From: an uncultured Methanoregulaceae archaeon
GTDB lineage: Archaea; Halobacteriota; Methanomicrobia; Methanomicrobiales; Methanospirillaceae
Assembly (NCBI GenBank): GCA_963705255.1
Contig: OY970061.1
Location: 1,216,001-1,280,000, forward strand
DNA: 64,000 nucleotides
Direction of reading: 5' to 3'
The notes beneath the pieces were generated by a model that saw nothing but the letters and a program-made list of their open reading frames with translations, did not search any database and had not been told where the DNA came from. Shown here in pieces: positions 52,476 to 63,056 of the stretch. Within the stretch, counting starts at the first letter, position 1. Each line of letters opens with the position of its first letter. Position numbers and translations under genes: made by a program.

Positions 52476-54641
52476 CTATTTTTCATATTTCGCTGCAAAA
52501 GCAAGGGCAGGATCGTATCCTTTGCGGACATACTCTTTTACCATCCTCCGTGCGGAAAACACGGGAGCAGTGCTCTTCATGGCTTCCTTCATCTTTTTCA
52601 CCCACATGTGGGGGATCCCGTCATCGGCAACCGTGTAGTACAGCGGCACCACCTCGCGTTCGAGTATCTCGTACAACTGCTGGGAATCGATCCAGTCCCG
52701 GTTCTTGGTATTATTGCTGTCACCGAATGCCCAGCCGTTCATCCCGTTATATCCCTCTATCCACCAGCCGTCGAGGACGCTCAGGTGGAGGACGCCATTT
52801 AAGGAGGCTTTCATCCCGCTCGTGCCGCAGGCTTCATTGGGGGGGAGGGGGTTGTTGAGCCAGACATCCACGCCATGGACAAGATATTGCGCCATCTGCT
52901 CATCGTAATCCTCGACAAAGGCGACCCTCCCCCCGAACTCCTGCTGGTGTGCATACCGGTACACCTTCTGGATGATCCTTTTCCCTTCATCGTCGGCGGG
53001 GTGAGCTTTTCCTGCAAAGATGATCTGGACGGGCCTCCAGCGGTTGTTTATAATCCGCTTGAGCCGTTCCAGATCCTGAAAGATGAGGTCCGCCCGCTTG
53101 TAAGTGGAAAAACGACGGGCAAACCCGATGGTGAGGGCGTTCGGGTCCAGGAGTGCACCTCCGGAGATGACGTTGACAGGATCGGTTCCTTCCCCCACCC
53201 ATTTCCTGCGCTTGTGCTCCCTGATCCGGTTGACCAGTTTCCTTTTCAGCTGGATATGGACAGTCCAGAGCTCTTCATCCGGTAGTTCATTGATCATGTC
53301 CCAGATGAGAGGACTGTCATGCTCGTTCAGCCAGTCAGGGCAGGAAGGCGAAAAATATTTGTTCAGTAAAAGTTCCATGCGGGGATCGAGCCAGGTCGGG
53401 ACGTGGACACCGTTGGTGATATGGCGGATGGGAATGGTATCGACCTCTGTCCCGGGATAGAGCCGGGCCCACATCGCCCGGGCGACCTCCCCATGCCTTT
53501 TGCTCACGCCGTTGCAGAACGTGCTCATTTTGAGGGCAAATGCCGTCATGTTGAACATGTCCGGGGGATCCTGCGGGGCATAGCCGAGCCGGAGCACGGC
53601 CTGCCGATCGGTCCCGAGCAGGGAATAATACGGGTTGAAATATTTGTCCATCAGCGCGTACGGGAATGCGTCATGCCCTGCAGGGACCGGCGTGTGGGTC
53701 GTGAAGACAGTTGTCTCGCGCACCCGTTTTGACGCGTCTTCAAAATTCATTTTGTCTGCGATATGTTCCCGGATCCGTTCAAGGAGGGTAAATGCCGGGT
53801 GGCCTTCATTCAGGTGGACGATGGTAGGCCTGATCCCGAGTATATCCAGGACGTAGCTCCCGCCGATCCCAAGAACGATCTCCTGTTTGAGCCGCTGTTC
53901 GAGATCACCGGTATAGAGACGGTACGATATCATCCGGTTGGATGGATCATTCTCCCGGATATCGGTATCGAGAAGATAGAGGGGGATGTTTCCGATATCC
54001 ACTCTCCAGACGGCAATATAGATGGGGGGATCGATGAACGGCACCCGGGCCACCAGCTGGGTGTCATGGTTATACATCACCCGTTTGATAGGCGCAGAGT
54101 CCCGGTTCAGGAGCTCCTTCCGGTTCTCCTGCCATCCGTCCGGCCCGATATGCTGGTGGAGGTATCCCTCCGAGTACATGAATCCGACGCCAACAAGGGG
54201 CAGCCCGAGATCGCTGGCCTCTTTCAGGTGGTCCCCGGCAAGAAACCCGAGGCCCCCCGCGTAAAAAGGCAGGGAGTGCTGGAGCCCGTATTCTGCGGAA
54301 AAATACGCAATGGTCAGACCATGGTCCCGGGAAAAATGTTCGGTGAACCAGCTGTTCTTCCGGTCGAGTTCCTGCCGGAAGCGGGAGAGCACGATATCAT
54401 AATGCCGGAGGTACAGGGGATTTTTTGATGCCACTGTCATAGTCTCGGCCGGGAGCTCAGTCAGCATCCTGACCGGGTTGTGGATACTCTCGACCCACGC
54501 CTGCGGGTTCAGCTGCTTGAATACCATTTTTGCAGCCGGGTTCCAGCTCCACCAGAGGTTGTACGCCAGGTCGACAAGCCCGGAGATCCTCTCAGGGACA
54601 TGCGAAAAATCTTTCCTGAACTTGTCTGCCTCGGCTTTCAT
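52476..54641 (-). CDS. glgP: alpha-glucan (glycogen) phosphorylase
   Basis: YFSAEYG, GGLGFLAGD, HLNEGH, EACGTSGMKA PLP motif. Confidence 0.96.
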   Translation of the reverse strand: MKAEADKFRKDFSHVPERISGLVDLAYNLWWSWNPAAKMVFKQLNPQAWVESIHNPVRMLTELPAETMTVASKNPLYLRHYDIVLSRFRQELDRKNSWFTEHFSRDHGLTIAYFSAEYGLQHSLPFYAGGLGFLAGDHLKEASDLGLPLVGVGFMYSEGYLHQHIGPDGWQENRKELLNRDSAPIKRVMYNHDTQLVARVPFIDPPIYIAVWRVDIGNIPLYLLDTDIRENDPSNRMISYRLYTGDLEQRLKQEIVLGIGGSYVLDILGIRPTIVHLNEGHPAFTLLERIREHIADKMNFEDASKRVRETTVFTTHTPVPAGHDAFPYALMDKYFNPYYSLLGTDRQAVLRLGYAPQDPPDMFNMTAFALKMSTFCNGVSKRHGEVARAMWARLYPGTEVDTIPIRHITNGVHVPTWLDPRMELLLNKYFSPSCPDWLNEHDSPLIWDMINELPDEELWTVHIQLKRKLVNRIREHKRRKWVGEGTDPVNVISGGALLDPNALTIGFARRFSTYKRADLIFQDLERLKRIINNRWRPVQIIFAGKAHPADDEGKRIIQKVYRYAHQQEFGGRVAFVEDYDEQMAQYLVHGVDVWLNNPLPPNEACGTSGMKASLNGVLHLSVLDGWWIEGYNGMNGWAFGDSNNTKNRDWIDSQQLYEILEREVVPLYYTVADDGIPHMWVKKMKEAMKSTAPVFSARRMVKEYVRKGYDPALAFAAKYEK

Positions 54642-54770
54642 CAGTGATTGAGTGTAGGGGCATCTCCATTAAAAGTATTGCTGCCGGTTAAGCGGGCCGC
54701 CTGGGTCCGGCCAGGCCCGGTGTTGCCATGGGGAGCCCAAAGAGAACATTTGAAATGAACGGAATACCAA

Positions 54771-56044
54771 ATGGAGGTCAGGATACCATCCATGTACGGT
54801 GAACCGTGGCAGGAACTCTATGCCGGCCTCAGGCCCCCCATGCTGCACCGTGCGGTCACCGGGTTCAACGTCAACCTCGACCGTATCATACCGGTAAGCC
54901 GGGAACTCCTGCAGTCTCCTCTCTTTTCAGGGAAGGACATGACTGAGGTCAGGGCCAGGCTTTTCCATTCCATGCAGACCTGTACTGCTGACGAGCTCTT
55001 TGTACAGGACCCTGCACAGTACCAGCGCCTTGCCGGGCTCTTTTCCGGCAGCAGCGGTGCCCTTGCAATCGGGGGGCAGGCAGGAATTGCGGCAGTCCAC
55101 CTCGCATCGGCCGGTGTGCCCGCGGTCCTCTGTGCCGCACCGGCCATGGGCCGGATGACACGGGAGATCCTGCTGGGTTCCGGGGTCATCATCCCCGATC
55201 TCGGGGAGGGGCAGTCCGGGGGTCAGGATACCGTTCACCTGGTCTTTGAATACCAGCCCGGGCTCATTCCTGTCCTCGAAGGGGTTGTCCCCAGGAACAA
55301 CCGTTTTATTGTCTCCCCGGTCCACGAACCGTCATCGGTGCTTGTCCCGGAAGGCTCCATGGACCGGTTCCTTGAGGCGATCGCCGGCTGTACCAGGGCG
55401 TTCCTTTCCGGTACCAGTACCTCCGATCCGACCGGGATTTCGCTGCTGCTGCACGCCAGCTGCGGATGATGAAACGCCGCAACCCGGACCTGAAGATCCA
55501 TACGGAATGGGTGACCGTACGCGACCGGGACATCATCGAGAGGTTCATACGGTTCATCATCCCGGAGACCGACAGCCTCGGGCTGAACGAGTATGAGCTC
55601 GCACTTCTCGGGGAGTACCTGGAACCGTCCGGGATGTGGTCTGTGGATGGCGGGGATGTATCTCCCGCCCGGCTCGTGAAAGGCGCACTGGAGGTCTGCA
55701 GGGCAACGCGCCTCTCCCGTCTCCACGTCCATACCTTTGGATGGTATGTCCTCATTCACCGGAAAGTGTCCGGGGAACTTTCCGGGTCACGCAACGCCCT
55801 GCTCTTCGCATCCCGCGAGGCAGCAAAAGCTGCACAGGGGAAAGGCTCTGTCATTTCACCTGAAGGGATCCGGGCAATCAGGCAGGTCTCTCACGCATTC
55901 GGGCAGGAACGGTCAGCGGGCCTCTTCCGGGACAGGGATTTTTTCGTCATTCTGGTCCCGGCCATGATCGCAGCAGGCGTCACCCGGACTGCAGGCATGG
56001 GGGACAGGATCTCTTCGGCTGCTTTTGTTGCTGACCCGTTCTAG
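54771..56044 (+). CDS. ADP-dependent glucokinase/phosphofructokinase (frameshift ~55411)
   Basis: GFNVNLD, GGQAGI, NRFIVS, SLGLNEYEL, HVHTFG, TAGMGDRIS. Confidence 0.9.
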
Positions 56045-56377
56045 CAGACCAAAAAAGATATGATTCTTTTCATCAGAAAAATCTCAAAAGGGTTGATTCA
56101 AAGCGGAAATTCGTTAAAATAATTTGATTGCCTGACCAAAAATTCTGAAAAGACCGGGTTTATATTTTTTGCAGATACACGAAACGTTTAAATTACCTAT
56201 GCAGGATGTTAGTATACTTGGCCAAGTCGCAGTCCGCCACGGGTCAGATACTATCCAGGGAACCTGCGTTCCTTTGCTGCCGGGCCGGTCCTTCAGGCAT
56301 ACAGGTCCATGAAGTTTTCCGGAGGACCCGACGCTGTTCCGGAGGGCGAACCTTGACCGGTCGGGAGTACAAAGATC

Positions 56378-57832
56378 ATGCCTCAAATTTGTATAGGGTT
56401 CGAAGTCCACCAGCCCTACCGGCTGAACAGGCTGTTTTCGCCCGTCCCAAAGATAAAAAAGAAGGATCTCTTCGATCATTATTTTGACGGGCTCAACAAG
56501 GAGATCCTGTTACGTGTTGCGGAGAAATGCTACAATCCGGCAACAGCGCTTATCCTGGAAAAACTCGACGAGGGATTTTCCTGCTCATTCTCGTTGTCGG
56601 GTACTCTTACCGAGCAGCTGGAGAAGTGGAGCAAAGATACCCTTTCTCTCTTTGACAATGTCGCACGGCACAAGAACACCGAGATGATAGCCCAGACGTA
56701 CTACCACAGCATAGCCAGTTGTTTTTCCGACAAGACCGAGTTCAGGGAGCAGGTCAGACTGCATTCCGATCTCATGTATGACCAGTTCCGGGTCCGCCCG
56801 ACCATCTTTGAAAATACCGAGTTCACGTTCAACAACGAGGTTGCCGCAACGATCCGTGACATGGACTTTACCGGGATATTCACGGAAGGCGTGGACCGCG
56901 TCCTCGGCTGGCGCAGCCCGAATTATGTCTACCGCTGCCAGGAGATCCCGGTCATGCTCAGGAACACAACGTTGTCCGATGACATCGCCTTCCGTTTTGG
57001 CAACCGCACCTGGGACATGTTTCCCCTGACTGCAGACACCTATGCCAACTGGATCTCGTCATCTCCCGGCGATGTGGTCAATGTCTTCCTGGACTACGAG
57101 ACGTTCGGTGAACACTTCTGGCAGGAAACGGGCATATTCAACTTCTTACGCAGTCTCCCGGAGGAACTCAGCGCCCGCGGGATCCCGATGGTCCTCCCGT
57201 CGCAGGTCATTGCAGACCATCCCCCGGTCGGGGAGATTGACGTGCACGAGACCATTTCCTGGGCAGACCTGGAGAAGGACACCTCGGCATGGATGGGAAA
57301 CGACCGGCAGCGGACAGCGTTCCACGCAGTCCAGTCAGCCCGGCCCTATGCGGTGGACAAGCCCATCTGGCGTTACCTCCAGACGAGCGATCACTTCTAT
57401 TACATGGCATCGAAGTTCGGCACGTGCGGGGAAGTCCATACCTATTTCAGCCACCACGAGGCAGAAGATGCGTTCAAGACCTACATGCGGGTGCTGGCCG
57501 ATTATGAGGCAAGGAACATGCGGGTGATGAAGAACAGGAAATCCGCAAAGACGCTCCGGACCCTGCCTCCGGAACTCGCATTCCATTTTGCCGGGCCCAC
57601 CGGCTTCATCGGGCACAGTGCATATAACCTCGACCAGTTCGAGGAGCAGCTCTACGTAGTCCCGAAAGACTCGATCACGTTCCACCAGGAACGCGGGGAC
57701 TTCTTCCAGTGGATCAACGACGTGCTGGAAGATCCCCGGCTCGCGGAGAGCATCAAAGAGCTGACGGAACGCCACGAACTGACCGAGGTCATAAAAGAGC
57801 GGAGAGAACTGCTATGGAGTCATGTAAGGTAG
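56378..57832 (+). CDS. GH57 alpha-amylase-like protein with C-terminal DUF5752-like domain
   Basis: FEVHQP, ENTE, DYETFGEH, LQTSDHFYYM. Confidence 0.92.
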   Translation: MPQICIGFEVHQPYRLNRLFSPVPKIKKKDLFDHYFDGLNKEILLRVAEKCYNPATALILEKLDEGFSCSFSLSGTLTEQLEKWSKDTLSLFDNVARHKNTEMIAQTYYHSIASCFSDKTEFREQVRLHSDLMYDQFRVRPTIFENTEFTFNNEVAATIRDMDFTGIFTEGVDRVLGWRSPNYVYRCQEIPVMLRNTTLSDDIAFRFGNRTWDMFPLTADTYANWISSSPGDVVNVFLDYETFGEHFWQETGIFNFLRSLPEELSARGIPMVLPSQVIADHPPVGEIDVHETISWADLEKDTSAWMGNDRQRTAFHAVQSARPYAVDKPIWRYLQTSDHFYYMASKFGTCGEVHTYFSHHEAEDAFKTYMRVLADYEARNMRVMKNRKSAKTLRTLPPELAFHFAGPTGFIGHSAYNLDQFEEQLYVVPKDSITFHQERGDFFQWINDVLEDPRLAESIKELTERHELTEVIKERRELLWSHVR

Positions 57833-58956
57833 CGTTTTTCTGCTGGGAGTCCCTGTACGCGGAACGCGTCGGCGGGCTTGCCAACGCCGCGACGAACCTG
57901 GCAGAGACGCTGGTCAAACAGAACCACGAGGTCCATTACTTCACCAGGGGATCCATTCCCGACCAGACCATCAACGGGGTCCAGTACCACTACTGCCGCC
58001 CGTTCGGCCAGAACATCGTCGAGTACTGCAATGACATGAGCAAAGCCATGGTGAGCCAGTTCAGGACACATGACAGCCCGGGGAGGTTTGATTTCCTCCA
58101 TTTCCATGACTGGCACCCGGTCCAGGCCCTCCATTACCTGCAGGACCGGAACACCCTCCTCACCTACCACTCAACGGAGTACGGGAGAAACGGCAACCAG
58201 TTCGGCGACTGGTGGGAGTTCCGGGAGATTTCAGGCAAGGAGTGGTACGGCGGGCTCATCGCGAAGCGGGTGACAGCTGTCTCGGCCACCCTCAGAAATG
58301 AGGTGATGACCCTCTATAATGTGCCGGAGGAGAAGTGCGAGGTGATCCCCAACGGGATCGTGCCGCGTGCGTACCGCGCCAGCATCGATCCCGGCGAAGT
58401 CAAGGCCTCGTACGGGATCCATCCCTACGCACCGCTCATCCTCTTCATCGGCCGGCTCGTGTACCAGAAAGGGCCCGACCTGCTCATCGAAGCGATCCGG
58501 AAAGTCTGCCAGCACCGGGGGGATGCAAAAGTCATCGTCGCAGGGACCGGTGACATGCGGCAGTTCCTGCAGGACCGGGCAAAAGACCTCCCGGTCAACT
58601 TTGTCGGGTATATCCCGGATTCCGAGTACATCCGCCTGCTGAACGCCGCGGATGTCGTCGTCATTCCCAGCAGGAACGAGCCGTTCGGCCTCGTCCTCCT
58701 CGAGGCGTGGAGTGCTGAAAAATGCGTCGTCGCCTCCAATGTCGGCGGGCTCTCGGAGAACATCGATGCCTTCGTGAACGGGATCAAGGTCGGCGTGGAC
58801 CCTGATTCGATCGCATGGGGGATCAGCACCATGGTGGATGAACCCTGGAACGCGGGCGCACTGGGGATACGCGGCAGGAACAAAGTGGACCGGCTCTTCC
58901 TCTGGGGGCCGATAGTCCAGAGACTTACCGGTGCCTATTCGCGGGTTGTTGCATGA
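57814..58956 (+). CDS. GT4 glycosyltransferase (glycogen synthase-like)
   Basis: VGGL, HFHDW, HSTEYGR, EPFGLVLLEA. Confidence 0.92.
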   Translation: MESCKVAFFCWESLYAERVGGLANAATNLAETLVKQNHEVHYFTRGSIPDQTINGVQYHYCRPFGQNIVEYCNDMSKAMVSQFRTHDSPGRFDFLHFHDWHPVQALHYLQDRNTLLTYHSTEYGRNGNQFGDWWEFREISGKEWYGGLIAKRVTAVSATLRNEVMTLYNVPEEKCEVIPNGIVPRAYRASIDPGEVKASYGIHPYAPLILFIGRLVYQKGPDLLIEAIRKVCQHRGDAKVIVAGTGDMRQFLQDRAKDLPVNFVGYIPDSEYIRLLNAADVVVIPSRNEPFGLVLLEAWSAEKCVVASNVGGLSENIDAFVNGIKVGVDPDSIAWGISTMVDEPWNAGALGIRGRNKVDRLFLWGPIVQRLTGAYSRVVA

Positions 58957-60221
58957 AACTTGCCTATTTTGTGGACGAATTTCCCCCGTTTTTCCGGGGG
59001 GGACTTGGGACCTATGCGACCGAGATCACCCGCCAGTTCATTGCAAAGGGGCATTCCATCTCGGTCTTTTCCCGGAACACCGGAAGCGACCCGACCTTCG
59101 ACACGTGGGCCGGTGTGGAAGTCCACCGTCCCCGCCTGATGACGTTCTCGGATATCCTTGCCATCGTCAACCCTGCTGAAGTCAAGACCTGGGACCTGAA
59201 CGGCCAGAATTTTTTTGCCGAGACCGTCCTGTACAACCTCCTCTCCGCATCGAAGCTGGTGAACTATCTTGTCCGGAACGAACAGCGCCAGTACGACCTG
59301 CTCGTCTCGCACGACTGGATAGCCTCCCTTGCCGGCATCATTGCCAAGCGGAACCTCAAGATACCGCTGATCTTTCATTTCCATTCCACCGAGCAGGGCA
59401 GGAACCCTTCCGGGTCGGTCACGATCAAGGATATCGAGCGGCTTTCGGCAATGACCGCCGACCGGATCGTGACCGTCAGCTTCGCCATGCGGGACGAACT
59501 CGTGAAGTTCGGGTACCCGGAGTCGAAGATACGGGTGATCCACAATGGCGTGGACGCGGAGAAGTACGACCCTGCCCGGATTCCGCAGAAAGAGGTGGAG
59601 GAGTTCCGCGAACGAATCGGCGTCGGGACGTCCCCCATGCTCTTTTTCATAGGACGGCTGACATGGGTGAAAGGGGCAGACCCGCTCATCCTCGCCATGC
59701 CGCAGATCATCAAGGAAGTCCCCGACGTGAAACTGGTGCTGCTCGGGGTTGGCGACCAGGAGCAGATGCTCAGCCAGCTGGTGAGGGACCTCCACCTTGG
59801 CAGGAACGTAATCCTCCATTTCAGGATGGTACCGGAGGAGGAGCGCATTCTCTACTACGCGGCAAGCGATGTCTGCGTATTCCCGTCGAAATACGAGCCG
59901 TTCGGCATCGTCTGCACCGAAGCGATGTCAATGGCCAAGCCGGTGGTCGTGGGTGCGCGGGGGACGAGTGGTTTCCGGGAACAGATCATCCCATCCGGGG
60001 ACGACATCTGCGGGTACCATGTCAACCCCAACGACCCGTCTGATATTGCCCGCTATGTCGTGAGGATCCTGAAAAACCCGGAACTTGGAGCAAAGATGGG
60101 CAAAAACGGCAGGGCGCGCGTACTCGAACATTTTACCTGGGACCACATCGCTGAACAGACCCTCCGGGTGTACCAGGAAGTCATTGACAGCGGCAGTGCC
60201 ACAACGGGTCCGGGGAAATGA
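58953..60221 (+). CDS. GT4 glycosyltransferase (glycogen synthase-like)
   Basis: EFPP..RGGLG, HDW, HSTEQGR, YEPFGIVCTEAM; ATGA overlap. Confidence 0.92.
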   Translation: MKLAYFVDEFPPFFRGGLGTYATEITRQFIAKGHSISVFSRNTGSDPTFDTWAGVEVHRPRLMTFSDILAIVNPAEVKTWDLNGQNFFAETVLYNLLSASKLVNYLVRNEQRQYDLLVSHDWIASLAGIIAKRNLKIPLIFHFHSTEQGRNPSGSVTIKDIERLSAMTADRIVTVSFAMRDELVKFGYPESKIRVIHNGVDAEKYDPARIPQKEVEEFRERIGVGTSPMLFFIGRLTWVKGADPLILAMPQIIKEVPDVKLVLLGVGDQEQMLSQLVRDLHLGRNVILHFRMVPEEERILYYAASDVCVFPSKYEPFGIVCTEAMSMAKPVVVGARGTSGFREQIIPSGDDICGYHVNPNDPSDIARYVVRILKNPELGAKMGKNGRARVLEHFTWDHIAEQTLRVYQEVIDSGSATTGPGK

Positions 60222-61909
60222 CACTTTCGTACGGCAGGGAGCTGCAGGTACCGGACTGTGCCCGCAGCATCGAGTTTCTCATGGCAGGGGAACATGACTA
60301 CTGTTCGGCCTCTGTCGGCGGTAACACCCGGAGATATCACGGGCTCCTTGTCCACCGGGGCAGGGTATATCTCTCCGGCTTTGATGAACTGATGAACGGC
60401 ATACGGATATCGGCGCAGCAGTACCAGGGGACAGATGGTGATTCCGGCCTTGCGCATCTCTATGCGTTTTCCTTGTACCCCCCGTGCTGGGTTTACTATC
60501 TGGGCGGTACCGTGGTCAGGAAGACCATCACCTTCGGCCAGGGGATCGCCATAACCTACGCTGTCACCGGTGAAGCCGAGATCCGGGTCCGCCCGCTTGT
60601 CACCGACCGACCGGTCGACCAGCTCGTCCGCGATCCCCACCCGGTCTGCGAATCCGGCCACGGCGGTGTACGGTGGAGCGAGACCGTCCTTGAAGGGGAT
60701 ATTCCCTTTACCTATGACCCGGCCACCTACTGGAATGTCTGGTATGGGCGGGAACGGGAACGGGGCTACGAAGCGGTGGAAGACCTCTTTTCCCCGGGAT
60801 ATTTTTCGGGCGCGGTAAAAGACGGTTCGGTCACCCTGCGCTGCTTCCGGAACAACCAGTCCCCGCTCAAGGCCGGGCCGGCGCGTACTCCCTGCAGCCT
60901 TCGCGAGTGGCTCGATTCCGCACCGGATATTTTCTGCCACCGCGATGAGATCTTTGCCGGTTTTCACTGGTTCCGGGAGTCCTGGGGCCGCGATTCTGCG
61001 ATCAGCGTGACCGGGCTCCTGATCGAACGCGAAAAGAAGGAGGCTGCCCAGGCCGTGCTCAGGCGGCTTGCCCAGAAGACCGAGGGCGGGGTCGTCCCGA
61101 ACCGTTTCCCGGACAACTACCACTCGAGCGATGCCTCGCTCTGGTTCATCCATGCGCTTGGACGCTACCGCCGCCGCTGGGGCGATGACCGTTTCATCGC
61201 GGACATGCGCCCGGTCGTCGCAGAGATCCTCGGGAGCTACCCTGCCTCCAAGGTAGCAACGCTCGACCACGACCTGATCTCGGTCATACCGCAGAGCACG
61301 TGGATGGACACGGCCTTTACCCCCCGCGAAGGAAAAACCGTGGAGATAAACGCCCTCTGGATCCAGGCGCTCGACGAAGCGGAGTCCATGGGGATCATTC
61401 CTCCTGTTTCTGTTGAATCGGCAAAGGAGGCGTTCAGGAAGTTCTGGAATGAGAAGGATCGCTGCTTCTATGACCGCATCGACCCGGTCGACCCTTCCAT
61501 CCGCCCGAACCAGGTCATTGCACTCGCGTACGGGCTTGCCGATCCTGAACAAGCGTCCGCTGCGCTTGAGACCGTCGCACGGACCCTCCTGACCCCGTAC
61601 GGCCTGCGCACGCTCGCGCCCGCTGACCCGCGTTACCACGGGCATTTTGCGGGTGACATCAGTTACCATAACGGGTGTGTCTGGCCCTGGCTCACCGGGT
61701 TCTATGTCGAAGCGCTCATCCGGAACGGCACGGACCGTGCACGGATCGCACCGCTCCTCTCGCCCATCCTTGCACACATACGGGAGGGCGGGGCAGGGTA
61801 CATCTCCGAGATCTTTGACGGCGACCCCCCCTTCCGTCCGCAGGGCTGCATAGCCCAGGCCTGGAGCGTGGCAGAGATCGCCCGGGCCTGCCGTATGGTT
61901 TTTCCCTGA
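60218..61909 (+). CDS. amylo-alpha-1,6-glucosidase (glycogen debranching enzyme)
   Basis: TRRYHGLL, AGFHWF.ESWGRD, TWMD, YHNGCVWPW, QAWSVAE. Confidence 0.93.
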   Translation: MTLSYGRELQVPDCARSIEFLMAGEHDYCSASVGGNTRRYHGLLVHRGRVYLSGFDELMNGIRISAQQYQGTDGDSGLAHLYAFSLYPPCWVYYLGGTVVRKTITFGQGIAITYAVTGEAEIRVRPLVTDRPVDQLVRDPHPVCESGHGGVRWSETVLEGDIPFTYDPATYWNVWYGRERERGYEAVEDLFSPGYFSGAVKDGSVTLRCFRNNQSPLKAGPARTPCSLREWLDSAPDIFCHRDEIFAGFHWFRESWGRDSAISVTGLLIEREKKEAAQAVLRRLAQKTEGGVVPNRFPDNYHSSDASLWFIHALGRYRRRWGDDRFIADMRPVVAEILGSYPASKVATLDHDLISVIPQSTWMDTAFTPREGKTVEINALWIQALDEAESMGIIPPVSVESAKEAFRKFWNEKDRCFYDRIDPVDPSIRPNQVIALAYGLADPEQASAALETVARTLLTPYGLRTLAPADPRYHGHFAGDISYHNGCVWPWLTGFYVEALIRNGTDRARIAPLLSPILAHIREGGAGYISEIFDGDPPFRPQGCIAQAWSVAEIARACRMVFP

Positions 61910-61928
61910 TATTCATCTATGATCATAC

Positions 61929-62891
61929 ATGCACCGCCCGAATTTCAAGGACACGATCGCAGCATCCCCCTATATCTTCACGATCGGTGTCGCGGGCGAC
62001 AGCGGGTCGGGGAAGACCTCATTCACCCGGGGCGTGAGGAACATCTTCGGCAGTGACCTTGTCTCCACGATAACCCTTGACGATTACCACAGCCTTGACC
62101 GGGCGGGGCGGCAGGAGCAGGGGATCACCGCACTGAACCCGCGGGCCAACCGGCTCGGGCAGCTCGGCCAGGACCTCATCATGCTCAAACGCGGCGTACC
62201 GATCGAGAAGCCGGTCTATAACCATGCAACCGGGACGTTCGACCCGCCCGCCATCTTCCGGCCCCGCAGGATTCTCATCCTTGAAGGGCTGCACACCCTC
62301 TTCACGCCCACGCTCCGCAAATACCTTGACTTCACCCTCTTCGTGGACCCGGCAAAACAGGTCAAGTACGACTGGAAGATCCGCAGGGACATGGTCAAGC
62401 GGGGCTACTCGCGCGAGGTGGTCGAGAAGGAGATAGCAGAGCGGGAACCGGACTACGAGCGGTATATCGCCCCCCAGAAGGAATATGCGGATGCGGTGAT
62501 CGGGATCGATTATTCCGGCTACGGCCGTCACCTCGGGAGGAAGCACAATGTCTACCGGGTCACGCTCTCCCAGAACAGAATGCTGCACACCATCGGGAAC
62601 ATCGACCTATCGCTTGACCTGTACTCGATCCTCTCGTTGTCCGAGCGGAACTTCTCCCTCGAATTTGTCACGAGCGAACGGAACGGCCACCGGATGGGGC
62701 GGATGATCATGGACGGCGAACTGAGTGCCCATGTCGTGAAAAAACTCGAGCACAGCATCGAGGAGCAGACGCGGGTCCACCCCATCTCCATCTTCAGGAA
62801 CCGGAAGTATGTCACGGCAGGCGACCTGGCCCAGCTGATCCTCTGCTGGCGGATCATTCACCGCCGCATCTTCATGGAGACGAGCCGGTGA
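61929..62891 (+). CDS. prk: phosphoribulokinase (archaeal type)
   Basis: IGVAGDSGSGKT, LDDYHSLDR, ITALNPRAN, KPVYNH, ILEGLH, WKIRRD. Confidence 0.88.
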   Translation: MHRPNFKDTIAASPYIFTIGVAGDSGSGKTSFTRGVRNIFGSDLVSTITLDDYHSLDRAGRQEQGITALNPRANRLGQLGQDLIMLKRGVPIEKPVYNHATGTFDPPAIFRPRRILILEGLHTLFTPTLRKYLDFTLFVDPAKQVKYDWKIRRDMVKRGYSREVVEKEIAEREPDYERYIAPQKEYADAVIGIDYSGYGRHLGRKHNVYRVTLSQNRMLHTIGNIDLSLDLYSILSLSERNFSLEFVTSERNGHRMGRMIMDGELSAHVVKKLEHSIEEQTRVHPISIFRNRKYVTAGDLAQLILCWRIIHRRIFMETSR

Positions 62892-63056
62892 CCTAACGGG
62901 AGGGAACGGATGAGCCCGAAAAGGTCTTTGCCTCTGAACGGAAAGGACAGGTAAGGGATCGTCCATGACCAGTGAAAGCAGCCAGTGCAGGGGTTTACCA
63001 GGCCGGGCACGGCGGTGATGATATACGACGGCAGGGAACAACAGGGAGATCTGACC

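Noticed and set aside
60053-61777. Long antisense ORFs (574 aa here; also 24775-26118, 39789-40973, 45646-46932, 62607-63836)
   Set aside because: Shadow frames opposite well-supported genes, expected with GC-rich codon usage
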